A DNA stretch of 64,000 nucleotides. Source: Candidatus Nomurabacteria bacterium. Its GTDB lineage: Bacteria > Patescibacteriota > Patescibacteriia > Magasanikbacterales > UBA922. A program made the position numbers and the translations under genes. The first letter of the stretch is position 1, and the number at the start of each line of letters is the position of its first letter. This document shows, one piece after another, positions 10,868 to 20,823 of the stretch. Under the pieces are notes generated by a model. It did no database searches and was not told the DNA's origin. It saw only the letters and a program-made list of their open reading frames with translations. The stretch covers positions 11,975 to 75,974 of the forward strand of contig JACKFN010000001.1 of assembly GCA_020632445.1 (NCBI GenBank). Reading direction: 5' to 3'.

Positions 10868-13812
10868 ATACACAAAAATCCCTCAATCCAGAGCAAAAAA
10901 AAGCTGTAGAACACACAGACGGACCTCTTTTGATTATCGCAGGGGCTGGAACTGGAAAAACAACCGTTGTAGCAGAGAAGATAGCACATATTGTGAATAA
11001 CAACCTTGCCCAGACAAGTGAAATCTTAGCAATTACCTTTACTGACAAAGCTGCAGGCGAAATGGAGGAGCGAGTTGATGAATTGTTGCAAACATCATAC
11101 CTCGATATCCATATCTCAACTTTTCATAATTTTTGTAAGCGGCTTCTGGAAAATTGGGCTTTGGATATTGGTATCTCGAATAGTTTTAAGCTTCTTACCA
11201 CCACCGAGGCTTGGCTTTTGGTAAGAGAAAATTTTGAAGCATTTGACTTGGATTACTACCGGCCAATGGGCAACCCAACACGGCACATTCACGAACTCAT
11301 TTCACATTTTCAAAAGTGCAAGGATGAACTCATTACTCCAGAAGCGTATCTTGAGTACGCGCAAACTGTCAAGCTTGATAGTGATGAGGTAAACAAAGAT
11401 GAGAAATCAAGGCTTACGGAGCTTGCAAATGCTTACCATACGTACAATCAACTTTTACTCGATAATAATGCCATGGATTTTGCCGACCTTATCTATTATA
11501 GCGTGCAGCTTTTGGAGAAAAGACCGGCACTTCGAGAAAAGATCCAGCAGCAGTTTAGGTACGTACTGGTTGATGAGTTTCAAGATGTCAACTGGTCTCA
11601 GTATCGATTGGTGCAACTTTTGTCTCAAAAGGCACAGCTCACCGTGGTAGGGGACGATGATCAGTCCATCTACGCATTTCGTGGAGCAAGTGTATCAAAC
11701 ATTTTGCGATTTAAACAAGATTACCAGGATGCTATTGAGGTGGTGCTTTCAAAAAACTATCGATCATATCAATCCATTTTAGATGCTGCCTATACTTTGG
11801 TCCAACAGAACAATCCGGACAGACTCGAGCCAAAACTTCATATCAACAAAAAACTTGTTTCTCAAGTTCAGAGCGAGAGCAAGGATGCTGCAATGCATTT
11901 GCATTTTTCAACTCTTGACGACGAAGTTCGTGGAGTGATAAGTGAAATCGTGCGTCTCAAAGAGGAAGAAAAGTGCACTTGGGATGATATTGCCATTTTG
12001 GTGCGAGCAAATAGCCATGCTGCTCCCTTTATTCATATGCTCCAAAAGGCAGGCATCCCGTATGAGTTTTTGAGTGCCTCTGGACTTTTTAAACAGCCCG
12101 TGGTGCTCGACTGTTTGGCATTCTTTGGAGTCGTTCAGGCCTACAAAGAGCAGACGTCGTGGTATAGACTTTTGCGTATGCCATGCGTCTCATTTGCTGA
12201 GTCTGATATGCAAAAAGTCCTCGCATTTTCAAAAAAGAAGTCCATGGCATACTATGAGGTGCTTAAAAGGTCGCAGGAAATCGGCCTTTCACAAGAGGGA
12301 ATTTTGACGGCTAACAAGCTTATTAATCTTGCGCATGAGGGTCTTAAGACCTCAAGAATTGAAAAACCCACAACACTTCTGTATTCATTTTTGGAGCATT
12401 CAGGCTATTTTTCCTACCTCACAAATGAAGAAGAAAAGGGAAACCGCGAAGTCACCAGGCAGATTTATCAGCTCAAACAGTTTTTTGAATTTGTCAGCAG
12501 CTACGAGCAAACGACTTCGGATCCAAATGTGTTTGAGTTTATGCAAAATTATCAGCACATACTTGAGTCAGGGGATGAAGGTCAGCTTTATGTGCCAGAG
12601 GACACGCCTGAGAGTGTAAATATTATGACCGTACACGGCTCCAAGGGGCTTGAGTATCGGTATGTATTTATCGTCAATTGTGTCGAAGAGCGTTTTCCTA
12701 CTCGTAGGCGTTCAAGCGGAATCGAAATTCCTGAGTCACTGATAAAAGAGCAGCTCCCCGAGGGGGAAGAACACTATCAGGAAGAGCGTAGACTTATGTA
12801 TGTAGCCATGACACGAGCAAAGGAAAGGCTGTATCTGTGTAGCGCAGACAATTATGGAGGAGTGCGAAAAAAGAAAGTTTCTCGTTTTGTGGTTGAATCC
12901 GGTATGTCAGATGATCAACAAGTGCAGGAGAAGATTCAGAAAAATGTTCTCCAAAATTTGCAAGTCGAAAAGCATCCATCCGACGAAATAGGAAAAGCTT
13001 ATGAGTATACACTTCCCAAAGTTTTTTCTTTCTCACAAATAAAAGCGTATGAAACCTGTCCGTATCAATACAAACTCATGCATGTTTTGAAGATACCGAC
13101 AAAGGGGAGTGCCAGCTTTAGTTTTGGAAGTTCCATGCACAACACCCTACATGCCTTTTACAAACAGATTCAGCAGCTCAATAGTGCTCAGCAGGCAAGT
13201 CTGTTTGGTCCGCTTGTTCAGTCAAGTAGTGATGGAGAAGTACAGGTTCCTGGATTTCGCGAACTTCTTGATATGTACGAGAAAAACTGGATTTCTGACT
13301 GGTATAAATCACCCTCTCAACGAGAGGGGTACTATCAAAAGGGAAAAGAAATTCTCAAGACATTTTATGAATCTCAGCAGGGACAGTGGGATATACCTGT
13401 AGGGCTTGAAAGTTGGTTCAAAATACAAGTAGGCGATCATTTGTTACATGGTCGAATTGACCGTCTTGATAAACTCGATGATGGAAGTTTGGAAATTATT
13501 GACTACAAGACAGGGAAGACCAAGGAGAAACTTGCCTGGGATGACAAAGAGCAACTCCTAATCTATCAAATTGCAGCTCAAACGCTCCCAGAGTTTCGAA
13601 ACGAAGGACAGGTGAGCAAGTTGACATTTTACTATTTGAATGATAATGTAAAAACAAGCTTCATTGGGGAGGAGAAAGACCTTGAAAAGCTCAAAACAAA
13701 GCTTTCAGGCGTTCTTGATGCCATAGGCACTCGGGATTTCACCCCAAAACCCGGACCATTTACATGCGGATATTGTGATTACAAGGAAATCTGCGAATAT
13801 AGGGAAATATAG
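10864..13812 (+). CDS. UvrD/PcrA-family superfamily-1 helicase fused to a C-terminal PD-(D/E)XK (RecB/Cas4-like) nuclease domain with a Cys cluster (AddA-like).
   Basis: Walker A AGAGTGKTT and UvrD motifs. C-terminal GRIDRLDKLDDGSLEIIDYKTGK and CGYCDYKEIC. Confidence 0.8.
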   Translation: MNTQKSLNPEQKKAVEHTDGPLLIIAGAGTGKTTVVAEKIAHIVNNNLAQTSEILAITFTDKAAGEMEERVDELLQTSYLDIHISTFHNFCKRLLENWALDIGISNSFKLLTTTEAWLLVRENFEAFDLDYYRPMGNPTRHIHELISHFQKCKDELITPEAYLEYAQTVKLDSDEVNKDEKSRLTELANAYHTYNQLLLDNNAMDFADLIYYSVQLLEKRPALREKIQQQFRYVLVDEFQDVNWSQYRLVQLLSQKAQLTVVGDDDQSIYAFRGASVSNILRFKQDYQDAIEVVLSKNYRSYQSILDAAYTLVQQNNPDRLEPKLHINKKLVSQVQSESKDAAMHLHFSTLDDEVRGVISEIVRLKEEEKCTWDDIAILVRANSHAAPFIHMLQKAGIPYEFLSASGLFKQPVVLDCLAFFGVVQAYKEQTSWYRLLRMPCVSFAESDMQKVLAFSKKKSMAYYEVLKRSQEIGLSQEGILTANKLINLAHEGLKTSRIEKPTTLLYSFLEHSGYFSYLTNEEEKGNREVTRQIYQLKQFFEFVSSYEQTTSDPNVFEFMQNYQHILESGDEGQLYVPEDTPESVNIMTVHGSKGLEYRYVFIVNCVEERFPTRRRSSGIEIPESLIKEQLPEGEEHYQEERRLMYVAMTRAKERLYLCSADNYGGVRKKKVSRFVVESGMSDDQQVQEKIQKNVLQNLQVEKHPSDEIGKAYEYTLPKVFSFSQIKAYETCPYQYKLMHVLKIPTKGSASFSFGSSMHNTLHAFYKQIQQLNSAQQASLFGPLVQSSSDGEVQVPGFRELLDMYEKNWISDWYKSPSQREGYYQKGKEILKTFYESQQGQWDIPVGLESWFKIQVGDHLLHGRIDRLDKLDDGSLEIIDYKTGKTKEKLAWDDKEQLLIYQIAAQTLPEFRNEGQVSKLTFYYLNDNVKTSFIGEEKDLEKLKTKLSGVLDAIGTRDFTPKPGPFTCGYCDYKEICEYREI

Positions 13813-13881
13813 AGCAATTTGCTCAATGGAAACATAACTCAGTTGTTCAGGAGAAGCAAAGTAATACAAGGTAACTTCATC

Positions 13882-14172
13882 ATGGACTCACTTAAAGACG
13901 CAATTAAGTCAAAAATGAAAGGCACTGCACTCCAGGGGCAGCTTGATGCTACCCAGGTGGTAGAAATGGCAAATTCAGTTTTTGAGGCTATCTTTCCAGA
14001 AGACCAAGTTATTCACGTGAAGCCACTTTTTCTCAAGAATAGAACACTCACGGTCTCATGCTCAAGTAGTGTGGTTGCTCAGGAGATTCGTCTCAACCAA
14101 AAAAAACTTGTAGATCATCTCAATAAGAAGATGGGCGATAAGCTCGTCGATAGGATTCGATATCTCACTTAA
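13882..14172 (+). CDS. DUF721 / DciA-like protein.
   Basis: LTVSCSSSVVAQEIRLNQKKLVDHLNKKMG matches the DUF721 (COG5512) pattern. Confidence 0.5.
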   Translation: MDSLKDAIKSKMKGTALQGQLDATQVVEMANSVFEAIFPEDQVIHVKPLFLKNRTLTVSCSSSVVAQEIRLNQKKLVDHLNKKMGDKLVDRIRYLT

Positions 14173-14243
14173 AATAAGGGAAAAACAAGACCTTGCAAAA
14201 CACAGGCAAATGAAGTAAAATACCTATACCAAGCGGTATTTTT

Positions 14244-14633
14244 ATGTACTTTAAGCATTTTCTGGTAGTTATCCTTGTCGGGACGCTTCTGTGCTGGAGC
14301 GCTTGGTTTTTGGTACTTTTCAATGTTGATCCATTTACGAGTACAGGAATTGGTTTTTTCTTTTTTCACATGAGTTTGCTTCTTTCTCTTGTAGGAACCT
14401 TTGCACTGGCAATGCTTTTGTACTATTACCATTTCGCAAAATCCTTTGTTCCGATGTATCGGTACGTCAAAAAAAGCTTTTTGGTGAGTATGTTTGTATC
14501 GCTGGTACTGGTTGTACTGCTTTTACTGCTTGGAAAGGGATTTTTGAATCCATGGACGCTCGGAATTTTGCTGGTAAGTATCATACTTTTTTATTCACTG
14601 ACACGCTCGGTTGGGGCAAGTAGATATCGTTAA
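14244..14633 (+). CDS. Small integral membrane protein of unknown function.
   Basis: Four predicted transmembrane helices. No recognisable motif. Confidence 0.4.
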   Translation: MYFKHFLVVILVGTLLCWSAWFLVLFNVDPFTSTGIGFFFFHMSLLLSLVGTFALAMLLYYYHFAKSFVPMYRYVKKSFLVSMFVSLVLVVLLLLLGKGFLNPWTLGILLVSIILFYSLTRSVGASRYR

Positions 14634-14634
14634 T

Positions 14635-15876
14635 ATGAAACAGAGTCAACTCTTTACAAAAATTCGGAAGGAAGTTCCTGCCGGGGAGGTTTCCAAAAAC
14701 GCACAGCTTCTTATTCAGGCCGGTTTTGTGTATAAGGAAATGGCAGGAGTGTATGCCTACCTGCCACTTGGATGGAGGGTGATGAATAAGATTATAGAAA
14801 TCATCCGAGAAGAAATGAATGCCATTGGTGGTCAAGAGCTTTTTCTTACGGCACTTCAAAGCAAAGAAATATGGGAAAAAAGTGGGCGGTGGTCTGACGA
14901 AGTTATCGACGTTTGGTTTAAATCTCAGCTGGCAAGTGGAACGGATGTCGGTCTTGGAAATACCCACGAAGAGCCAATCACCGCACTCATGAAGCAGTAT
15001 GTGCATTCTCACAAGGATTTGCCTGTTTTTGCCTATCAGTTTCAAACAAAATTTCGAAATGAGCTCCGAGCAAAGAGTGGTATCATGCGTTCCAGGGAAT
15101 TTATCATGAAGGACCTGTATTCTTTTTGCAAAAACGATCAGCAGCATGAAAAGTTTTATGAGGAATGTAAACAGGCATACACAAGAATTTTTGAGAGACT
15201 TGGTATAGGTGATAAGACCTTTGTAACGTTTGCTTCTGGTGGAAGCTTCTCCAAGTACTCCCATGAATTTCAGGCACTATCAGATGCTGGTGAGGATATC
15301 ATTTACCTGAGTCGAGACAAAAATATCGCTGTAAACGAAGAAGTATACAATGATGAAGTACTTGCTGAACTCAATTTGAAAAAGCAGGACCTCGAGCAGC
15401 ACAAGGCTATAGAAGTAGGTAACATTTTTAGTCTCGGTACCAAGTTTTCGGATGCGCTTGATCTTACATACATAGACGAGTCTGGAGAAAAGCAAAAAGT
15501 GATTATGGGAAGTTATGGAATCGGTCCAGGACGCGCTATGGGGACGATTGTTGAGCTTTGTCACGACGAGCATGGTATTGTGTGGCCAGAATCCGTGGCA
15601 CCATTTCGGGTGCATTTAATATCGCTTCTCAAAGAGGGGGGTGGTGTCGCTGACCAAATGTATAAAAAGCTGACAGACATGGGAGTAGAGACTCTCTATG
15701 ATGATCGTGATGAACGCGCTGGCGTAAAATTTGCCCAGGCAGACATGATAGGTATTCCATATAGAGTGGTCATCAGTGAAAAGACACTCGAAAAAAATGC
15801 TGTTGAAGTAAAAAAGCGAAATGAGAGTGAGGCGAGGCTTGTCTTGCAGGAGGAGTTGTATTCATTGTTTGTATAA
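14635..15876 (+). CDS. proS: Prolyl-tRNA synthetase, short form without the INS editing domain.
   Basis: N-terminal alignment to ProRS (…AGFVYKEMAGVYAYLPLGWRV…EIWEKSGRW). Class II motifs and an anticodon-binding C-terminus. Confidence 0.85.
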   Translation: MKQSQLFTKIRKEVPAGEVSKNAQLLIQAGFVYKEMAGVYAYLPLGWRVMNKIIEIIREEMNAIGGQELFLTALQSKEIWEKSGRWSDEVIDVWFKSQLASGTDVGLGNTHEEPITALMKQYVHSHKDLPVFAYQFQTKFRNELRAKSGIMRSREFIMKDLYSFCKNDQQHEKFYEECKQAYTRIFERLGIGDKTFVTFASGGSFSKYSHEFQALSDAGEDIIYLSRDKNIAVNEEVYNDEVLAELNLKKQDLEQHKAIEVGNIFSLGTKFSDALDLTYIDESGEKQKVIMGSYGIGPGRAMGTIVELCHDEHGIVWPESVAPFRVHLISLLKEGGGVADQMYKKLTDMGVETLYDDRDERAGVKFAQADMIGIPYRVVISEKTLEKNAVEVKKRNESEARLVLQEELYSLFV

Positions 15877-15881
15877 GAATT

Positions 15882-16922
15882 ATGTTTAAACGTCTATTTG
15901 GTGGATTTGGTGCACAACTTGGAATTGATTTGGGTACAGCAAATACCCTGATCTATGAAATGGAAAAGGGGATTGTGGTGAATGAACCAACCGTGGTGGC
16001 GGTCAACACGCGTACAGAGCAAATTTTGGCTGTTGGGCACGAGGCAAAGGAAATGCTTGGAAAAACACCGCCCCATATTGAGGTGACTCGACCGCTTACT
16101 GGGGGTATTATTTCCGATTATGAAGTTGCAGAGAAAATGTTAAAATTTTTCCTTGATAGAATGGGGGAAGGGCAAAGAAGATTAAGCGGTCGTCCCCGAG
16201 TTGTTATTTCAGTCCCACTTGAAGTGACTGAGGTAGAACGTAAGGCAGTAGAGGATGCTACCATCGCAGCAGGAGCAAGCGAGGTGCATCTGGTGCAAGA
16301 ACCTATGGCCGCTGCTATTGGTTGTCGCATGCCAATCCAGGAGCCGGTTGGAAACATGATTGTCGATATTGGGGGTGGAAACACTGAAGTAGCCGTTATA
16401 TCTCTCAATGGAGTCGTAACATGGAAGTCCTCTCAGGTAGCAGGAGACGAGATGAATAGAAATATCATGCAGTATGCACGTGAGGTTTTTAATCTCTTGA
16501 TTGGTGAGAGTTACGCTGAGCAAGTAAAGATTAAAATCGGGTCAGCAATGCAAGGTGACGAAAAAACAGAGTTTCCAATGCGAGGGCGTGACGTTGTAAC
16601 CGGACTTCCAAAAGAAGTCATGGTGAGCAGCGAGCACATATACATGGCACTGAAACGCTCCATCAAAAGTATTGTTGATCTTGTAAAAATGACTTTAGAG
16701 GTAACACCACCTGAACTTACCGCCGATATCCACGAGAGGGGGATTCTGCTTGCCGGTGGAGGTTCTCTTTTGAGAAATCTTGACAAAGTTTTGGCACAAA
16801 CTGCTGAAATACCAGTGCGCATTGCCGATGATCCATTAACAGCAGTAGTGAGAGGCGCTGGTGTGCTGCTTGAGGATCATGCTTTGCTTAAGGAAGTGTC
16901 TCTTCCATCAGCAAGAGGATAG
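15882..16922 (+). CDS. mreB: Rod shape-determining protein MreB.
   Basis: Actin-like ATPase motifs GIDLGTANT and DIGGGNTEVAV. Confidence 0.9.
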   Translation: MFKRLFGGFGAQLGIDLGTANTLIYEMEKGIVVNEPTVVAVNTRTEQILAVGHEAKEMLGKTPPHIEVTRPLTGGIISDYEVAEKMLKFFLDRMGEGQRRLSGRPRVVISVPLEVTEVERKAVEDATIAAGASEVHLVQEPMAAAIGCRMPIQEPVGNMIVDIGGGNTEVAVISLNGVVTWKSSQVAGDEMNRNIMQYAREVFNLLIGESYAEQVKIKIGSAMQGDEKTEFPMRGRDVVTGLPKEVMVSSEHIYMALKRSIKSIVDLVKMTLEVTPPELTADIHERGILLAGGGSLLRNLDKVLAQTAEIPVRIADDPLTAVVRGAGVLLEDHALLKEVSLPSARG

Positions 16923-16953
16923 AAATGGGAGGACATAAGCAAAATCTACCCAT

Positions 16954-17754
16954 ATGATCCGTTATTTTCGTTTTTTTCTTTTTTTGAGCGCACTGCTTAT
17001 CCTTGTAATTCTTTTGCACAAGCTTGGAGCATTTAGGCAGCTCGAAAATTCATTAACGTTTTTTACTTCGCGAGCTCCTGGGGCGCTTTATCAAGCGCAC
17101 ATAGCTGATGAGCATTTGCAGAATGAATTTTCATCTGTAAGTGAGCTTGAGGTAGCATACAAAAATCTTAAGGCCGGCCATAAAGATTATCAGACACTGG
17201 AAGCTCGTTTTAGGATCCTTGAGGAAGAAAATCTGTCGCTTCGTCAGCAACTAGGATTTATTCAAAAAAACAAGCTTCAAAGTGTGGGGGCAAATGTCGT
17301 GGGGAGAAATATTGATCCGGTTGGGAATACGATTGTGCTCGATAGGGGATCGCGCGACGGAGTCCAGATTGATAGCCCAATTATTGTGGAAGGGGGAGTG
17401 TTTGTGGGCAAGGTGATGAGGGTGTATGAACAAACAAGTGTCGTAAGACTTGTTGTGGACAATCAAAGTAAGGTTGCAGCAACCGTCTTGAATCAGGATA
17501 GAAGTATTGGAATTGTAGAGGGGGGACTTGGAATTTCATTACAGATGAATTTGATTCCACAAAATGAAGAAATCAGCGTGGGAGATACGGTGGTGACATC
17601 AGGTTTGGAAGCAAATATTCCTCGCGGACTTATTCTTGGTATAGTCCAGGCGACAGAAAAGGAACCATACAAACCATTTCAAAAGGCAATTGTCACACCT
17701 TCAGTGGACGTAAATAGGCTGGGCGCTGTAAGTGTTCTTTTGTCAAAGATATGA
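16954..17754 (+). CDS. mreC: Rod shape-determining protein MreC.
   Basis: N-terminal transmembrane segment, coiled coil, and beta-rich G/V-rich C-terminus. Position after mreB. Confidence 0.75.
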   Translation: MIRYFRFFLFLSALLILVILLHKLGAFRQLENSLTFFTSRAPGALYQAHIADEHLQNEFSSVSELEVAYKNLKAGHKDYQTLEARFRILEEENLSLRQQLGFIQKNKLQSVGANVVGRNIDPVGNTIVLDRGSRDGVQIDSPIIVEGGVFVGKVMRVYEQTSVVRLVVDNQSKVAATVLNQDRSIGIVEGGLGISLQMNLIPQNEEISVGDTVVTSGLEANIPRGLILGIVQATEKEPYKPFQKAIVTPSVDVNRLGAVSVLLSKI

Positions 17755-18266
17755 AGAAGCTTCTTGACTTTGTTGCGCATGCTCTGTTTATATTGTTTAC
17801 CATTGCCGTCCATTTGGTGATGGTGACTATTTTTGACTATCCCATATCTGCGATTAACATCCTTTTTATCATCCTCATACTACACTTGCTTTTATATGAA
17901 TCACTGCGTGTCGTCTGGATGAGTATAGCTGTCTTTTACATACTGGAGCTTTTCGTGTCTTCACCTTTTGGTGTGCTTTTGTTTTCAGGAACGTATGCAA
18001 TCTACTTGGCATACGTGCTTCACCTCAACGTGTTTCCAAATAGAAACCTCGTTGCCAGCACTCTCCTTTTGTTTATTACATTGATTTGTTTTCGTTTTTT
18101 ATACGTTCTGTTTAGTATTTTTGCTTTTTTATTTCAAGAAGGTTCTCCGGCGATGGGACATCTTGTTGGTTATGCTGCTTGGGAGCTTTTGCTTACCGGA
18201 CTCGTCTTTCTTGTTATTTATCCTGTAGTTCTCCATATACTGCAAAAAAGGTTTTTTATTCAATAA
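17751..18266 (+). CDS. mreD: MreD-like polytopic membrane protein.
   Basis: Position after mreC. Hydrophobic, 171 aa. Confidence 0.55.
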   Translation: MKKLLDFVAHALFILFTIAVHLVMVTIFDYPISAINILFIILILHLLLYESLRVVWMSIAVFYILELFVSSPFGVLLFSGTYAIYLAYVLHLNVFPNRNLVASTLLLFITLICFRFLYVLFSIFAFLFQEGSPAMGHLVGYAAWELLLTGLVFLVIYPVVLHILQKRFFIQ

Positions 18267-18267
18267 T

Positions 18268-20298
18268 ATGAGTATTGATAGGGAAAACATATTTGGCCTT
18301 GAGATAGATAGCGATGCGCTCGTACCACTTGAGGGAAAATACCGCTATAAGTGGGTAGAGGAAGCTTTTGAGTTTGAGCGTGCAACAGGAAAACAAGTAG
18401 CCATGGAGTACAGCAGCTCGTATATGGGGAAGACATTTGGAAGGAGGCAAACACAGTGGATACTCTTTTTTGCCCTTGGTGTCTTGGCCTTTTTTGCTCT
18501 CCGCATTGGATACCTGCAGTTTTTTGGTGGTGACAATTATCTGGCATTGGCCGAAATGAATCGTCAGAGGTACATTCCCATTCCTTCTGAAAGAGGGCTT
18601 ATCTTTGACAGGAATCTTTACCAGCTTACCAAGAATGTTCCCCGTTTTTCACTTGTTGCAGTGCCACAGGATCTTCCGCGCGGTCATGAGGAATTTCAAA
18701 GGGTCATTCGTCAAGTTTCGTTACTTACCGGAGTTCCCGAAGGAGATATTACGACCCTATTAGAAAAGTATCGGGGATATACATATGAATCTATTGCCAT
18801 TGTTGACGATCTTGATTACGAGAGTGCTCTGCGCGCTCAAATAGAAGCCGCGACTCTGCCTGGAATACGTATAGAGACAGGGAGCAAGCGTCTCTATGAG
18901 CTCACTGTTGAGCCAGGCCTTACAGATAAGCTTGGGCTGGTAAGCAGCACTCTCCCCATGACGTTTTCACATATACTTGGATACCAGGGAAAAATTTCAC
19001 CTGATGAATTGGGTGATGCTCGAAGTAGTAATGGATTGTACAGCGAAGGATATCTGCCAAACGATCTGATTGGGAAAACAGGAATTGAGCAGTCTGCAGA
19101 GACAACCCTAAGAGGGAAGTACGGGAAAAAACTCATCGAGGTTGATGCCGTGGGAAAGCAGCAGGTTTTACTTTCAGAAGACTCTCCAGAGCCCGGTAGG
19201 CATGTGGTTTTGACGATCGATATGCCGATACAGGCAAAACTCGAGGAATTACTTGCTGTGGCAATGGCAGAAAACGAAAAGCTGCGTGGTAGTGCTGTTG
19301 CGCTCGACCCAAGAAATGGGGAAGTTCTTGCCATGGTAAGCCTTCCTACCTATGATAATAATGACTTTTCCGGAGGAATCAGCATTGAAAACTATGAGAA
19401 ATATATAACAAACCCATCAAAACCACTTTTCAATAGGATTGTATCTGGTGTGTACCCATCGGGCTCGGTTATTAAACCGGCTATTGCTGCAGGAGCCCTT
19501 AACGAGGGAGTCGTCACCAAAAATACAACGTTTTTGAGTACCGGTGGTCTTCAGGTGAATGCCTGGTTTTTCCCAGATTGGCGAGCAGGGGGGCATGGTC
19601 GGGTGGATGTATATGATGCCATTGCCGATTCTGTGAATACTTACTTTTATTACATTGGCGGCGGATACAAGGATTTTGTGGGTATGGGAGTAGAAACTAT
19701 TGCTCGATATTTGTCTGAATTTGGCTTGGCACGCCAGACAGGCATTGAGCTTTCTGGCGAGGCAAAAGGCCACATACCATACCCAGAGTGGAAAGAAGAA
19801 GTGAAAGGGGAAAGGTGGTATGTTGGAGACACCTATAATCTTTCCATTGGACAAGGGGATCTGCTGGTTACGCCACTGCAGATGGCGTATGTGACCTCCT
19901 TGATTTCGCGACCAGGGACGGCTTTTCGACCGCACATTATTCAGGCGTATCTTGATCCGCAAAGCCTTGAGGAGTCTTACCCTGAGCTCGAACATCCGCA
20001 AAAACCTGATGTGGCAATGGCGCATCTCCAGACTGTACGTGAGGCAATGCGACGGTGTGTGACGGTAGGGTCCTGTAGGTACCTGAGCTCTTTGCCAATC
20101 GAAGTGGCCGGAAAGACAGGGACTGCACAATGGAACTCAAATAAAGAAAACCATGCCTGGTTTGTGACGTTTGCGCCTTACAAAGATCCGCAAATTGTGC
20201 TAGTTATTCAAATCGAGGAAGGTGGTGGAGGAAGTGAAATACCTCCTCGAATAGCACATAAATTTTACACCTGGTGGGCCCAGTATAAGGGTATTTGA
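18268..20298 (+). CDS. mrdA: Penicillin-binding protein 2 (class-B PBP, peptidoglycan transpeptidase).
   Basis: SGSVIKP (SxxK) and KTGTA motifs, N-terminal transmembrane segment, follows mreBCD. Confidence 0.85.
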   Translation: MSIDRENIFGLEIDSDALVPLEGKYRYKWVEEAFEFERATGKQVAMEYSSSYMGKTFGRRQTQWILFFALGVLAFFALRIGYLQFFGGDNYLALAEMNRQRYIPIPSERGLIFDRNLYQLTKNVPRFSLVAVPQDLPRGHEEFQRVIRQVSLLTGVPEGDITTLLEKYRGYTYESIAIVDDLDYESALRAQIEAATLPGIRIETGSKRLYELTVEPGLTDKLGLVSSTLPMTFSHILGYQGKISPDELGDARSSNGLYSEGYLPNDLIGKTGIEQSAETTLRGKYGKKLIEVDAVGKQQVLLSEDSPEPGRHVVLTIDMPIQAKLEELLAVAMAENEKLRGSAVALDPRNGEVLAMVSLPTYDNNDFSGGISIENYEKYITNPSKPLFNRIVSGVYPSGSVIKPAIAAGALNEGVVTKNTTFLSTGGLQVNAWFFPDWRAGGHGRVDVYDAIADSVNTYFYYIGGGYKDFVGMGVETIARYLSEFGLARQTGIELSGEAKGHIPYPEWKEEVKGERWYVGDTYNLSIGQGDLLVTPLQMAYVTSLISRPGTAFRPHIIQAYLDPQSLEESYPELEHPQKPDVAMAHLQTVREAMRRCVTVGSCRYLSSLPIEVAGKTGTAQWNSNKENHAWFVTFAPYKDPQIVLVIQIEEGGGGSEIPPRIAHKFYTWWAQYKGI

Positions 20299-20358
20299 CC
20301 CGAGAGTGTTTTTTTACTATACTAAGAATACTTTTTACCTAAGTAAAAAGCTTTTTTG
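20295..20358 (+). promoter_or_regulatory. greA promoter followed by a leader hairpin/terminator.
   Basis: TTGACC, a 17-nt spacer, then TATACT (20295-20323). Hairpin CTTTTTAC-CTAA-GTAAAAAG plus a T6 run at 20331-20357, 6 nt before the greA ATG. Confidence 0.5.
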
Positions 20359-20363
20359 ATTAT

Positions 20364-20822
20364 ATGGACCAAACACAATACTTGAGCCAAGAAAAACTTG
20401 ATGAACTGAAAAAGGAGTTGTATGACCTCAAATCTGAAGGTATTCCTCGAATCGCGAATCGCATTGATGAGGCAAAGCAAATGGGTGATTTATCAGAAAA
20501 CGCTGAGTACCACGCTGCGAAAGAAGAAATGGCATGGGCAAACTCACGCGTGCTGGAACTAGAGAGTATCCTTGAAAATGCTCAGGTTATACAAAAGACA
20601 AAAAGTGATACCGTGATTTTGGGCAGCAAGGTAGTAGTTGAGGTTGGAGGCAACGAGCTCACCTTTACCATTGTCGGACAGCAAGAAGCGGATCCATTAG
20701 AGGGAAAAATTTCAAATGAGTCACCTATAGGCTCGGCGCTCCTAGGAGCAAAGAAGGGGGATACGATACACGTGCAAACGCCTGCCGGTGCTCGAGAATA
20801 CAGTATTAAGACCGTCGAATAA
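20364..20822 (+). CDS. greA: Transcription elongation factor GreA.
   Basis: 152 aa with a coiled-coil N-terminus and an FKBP-like C-terminus. Typical GreA motifs. Confidence 0.85.
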   Translation: MDQTQYLSQEKLDELKKELYDLKSEGIPRIANRIDEAKQMGDLSENAEYHAAKEEMAWANSRVLELESILENAQVIQKTKSDTVILGSKVVVEVGGNELTFTIVGQQEADPLEGKISNESPIGSALLGAKKGDTIHVQTPAGAREYSIKTVE

Positions 20823-20823
20823 T

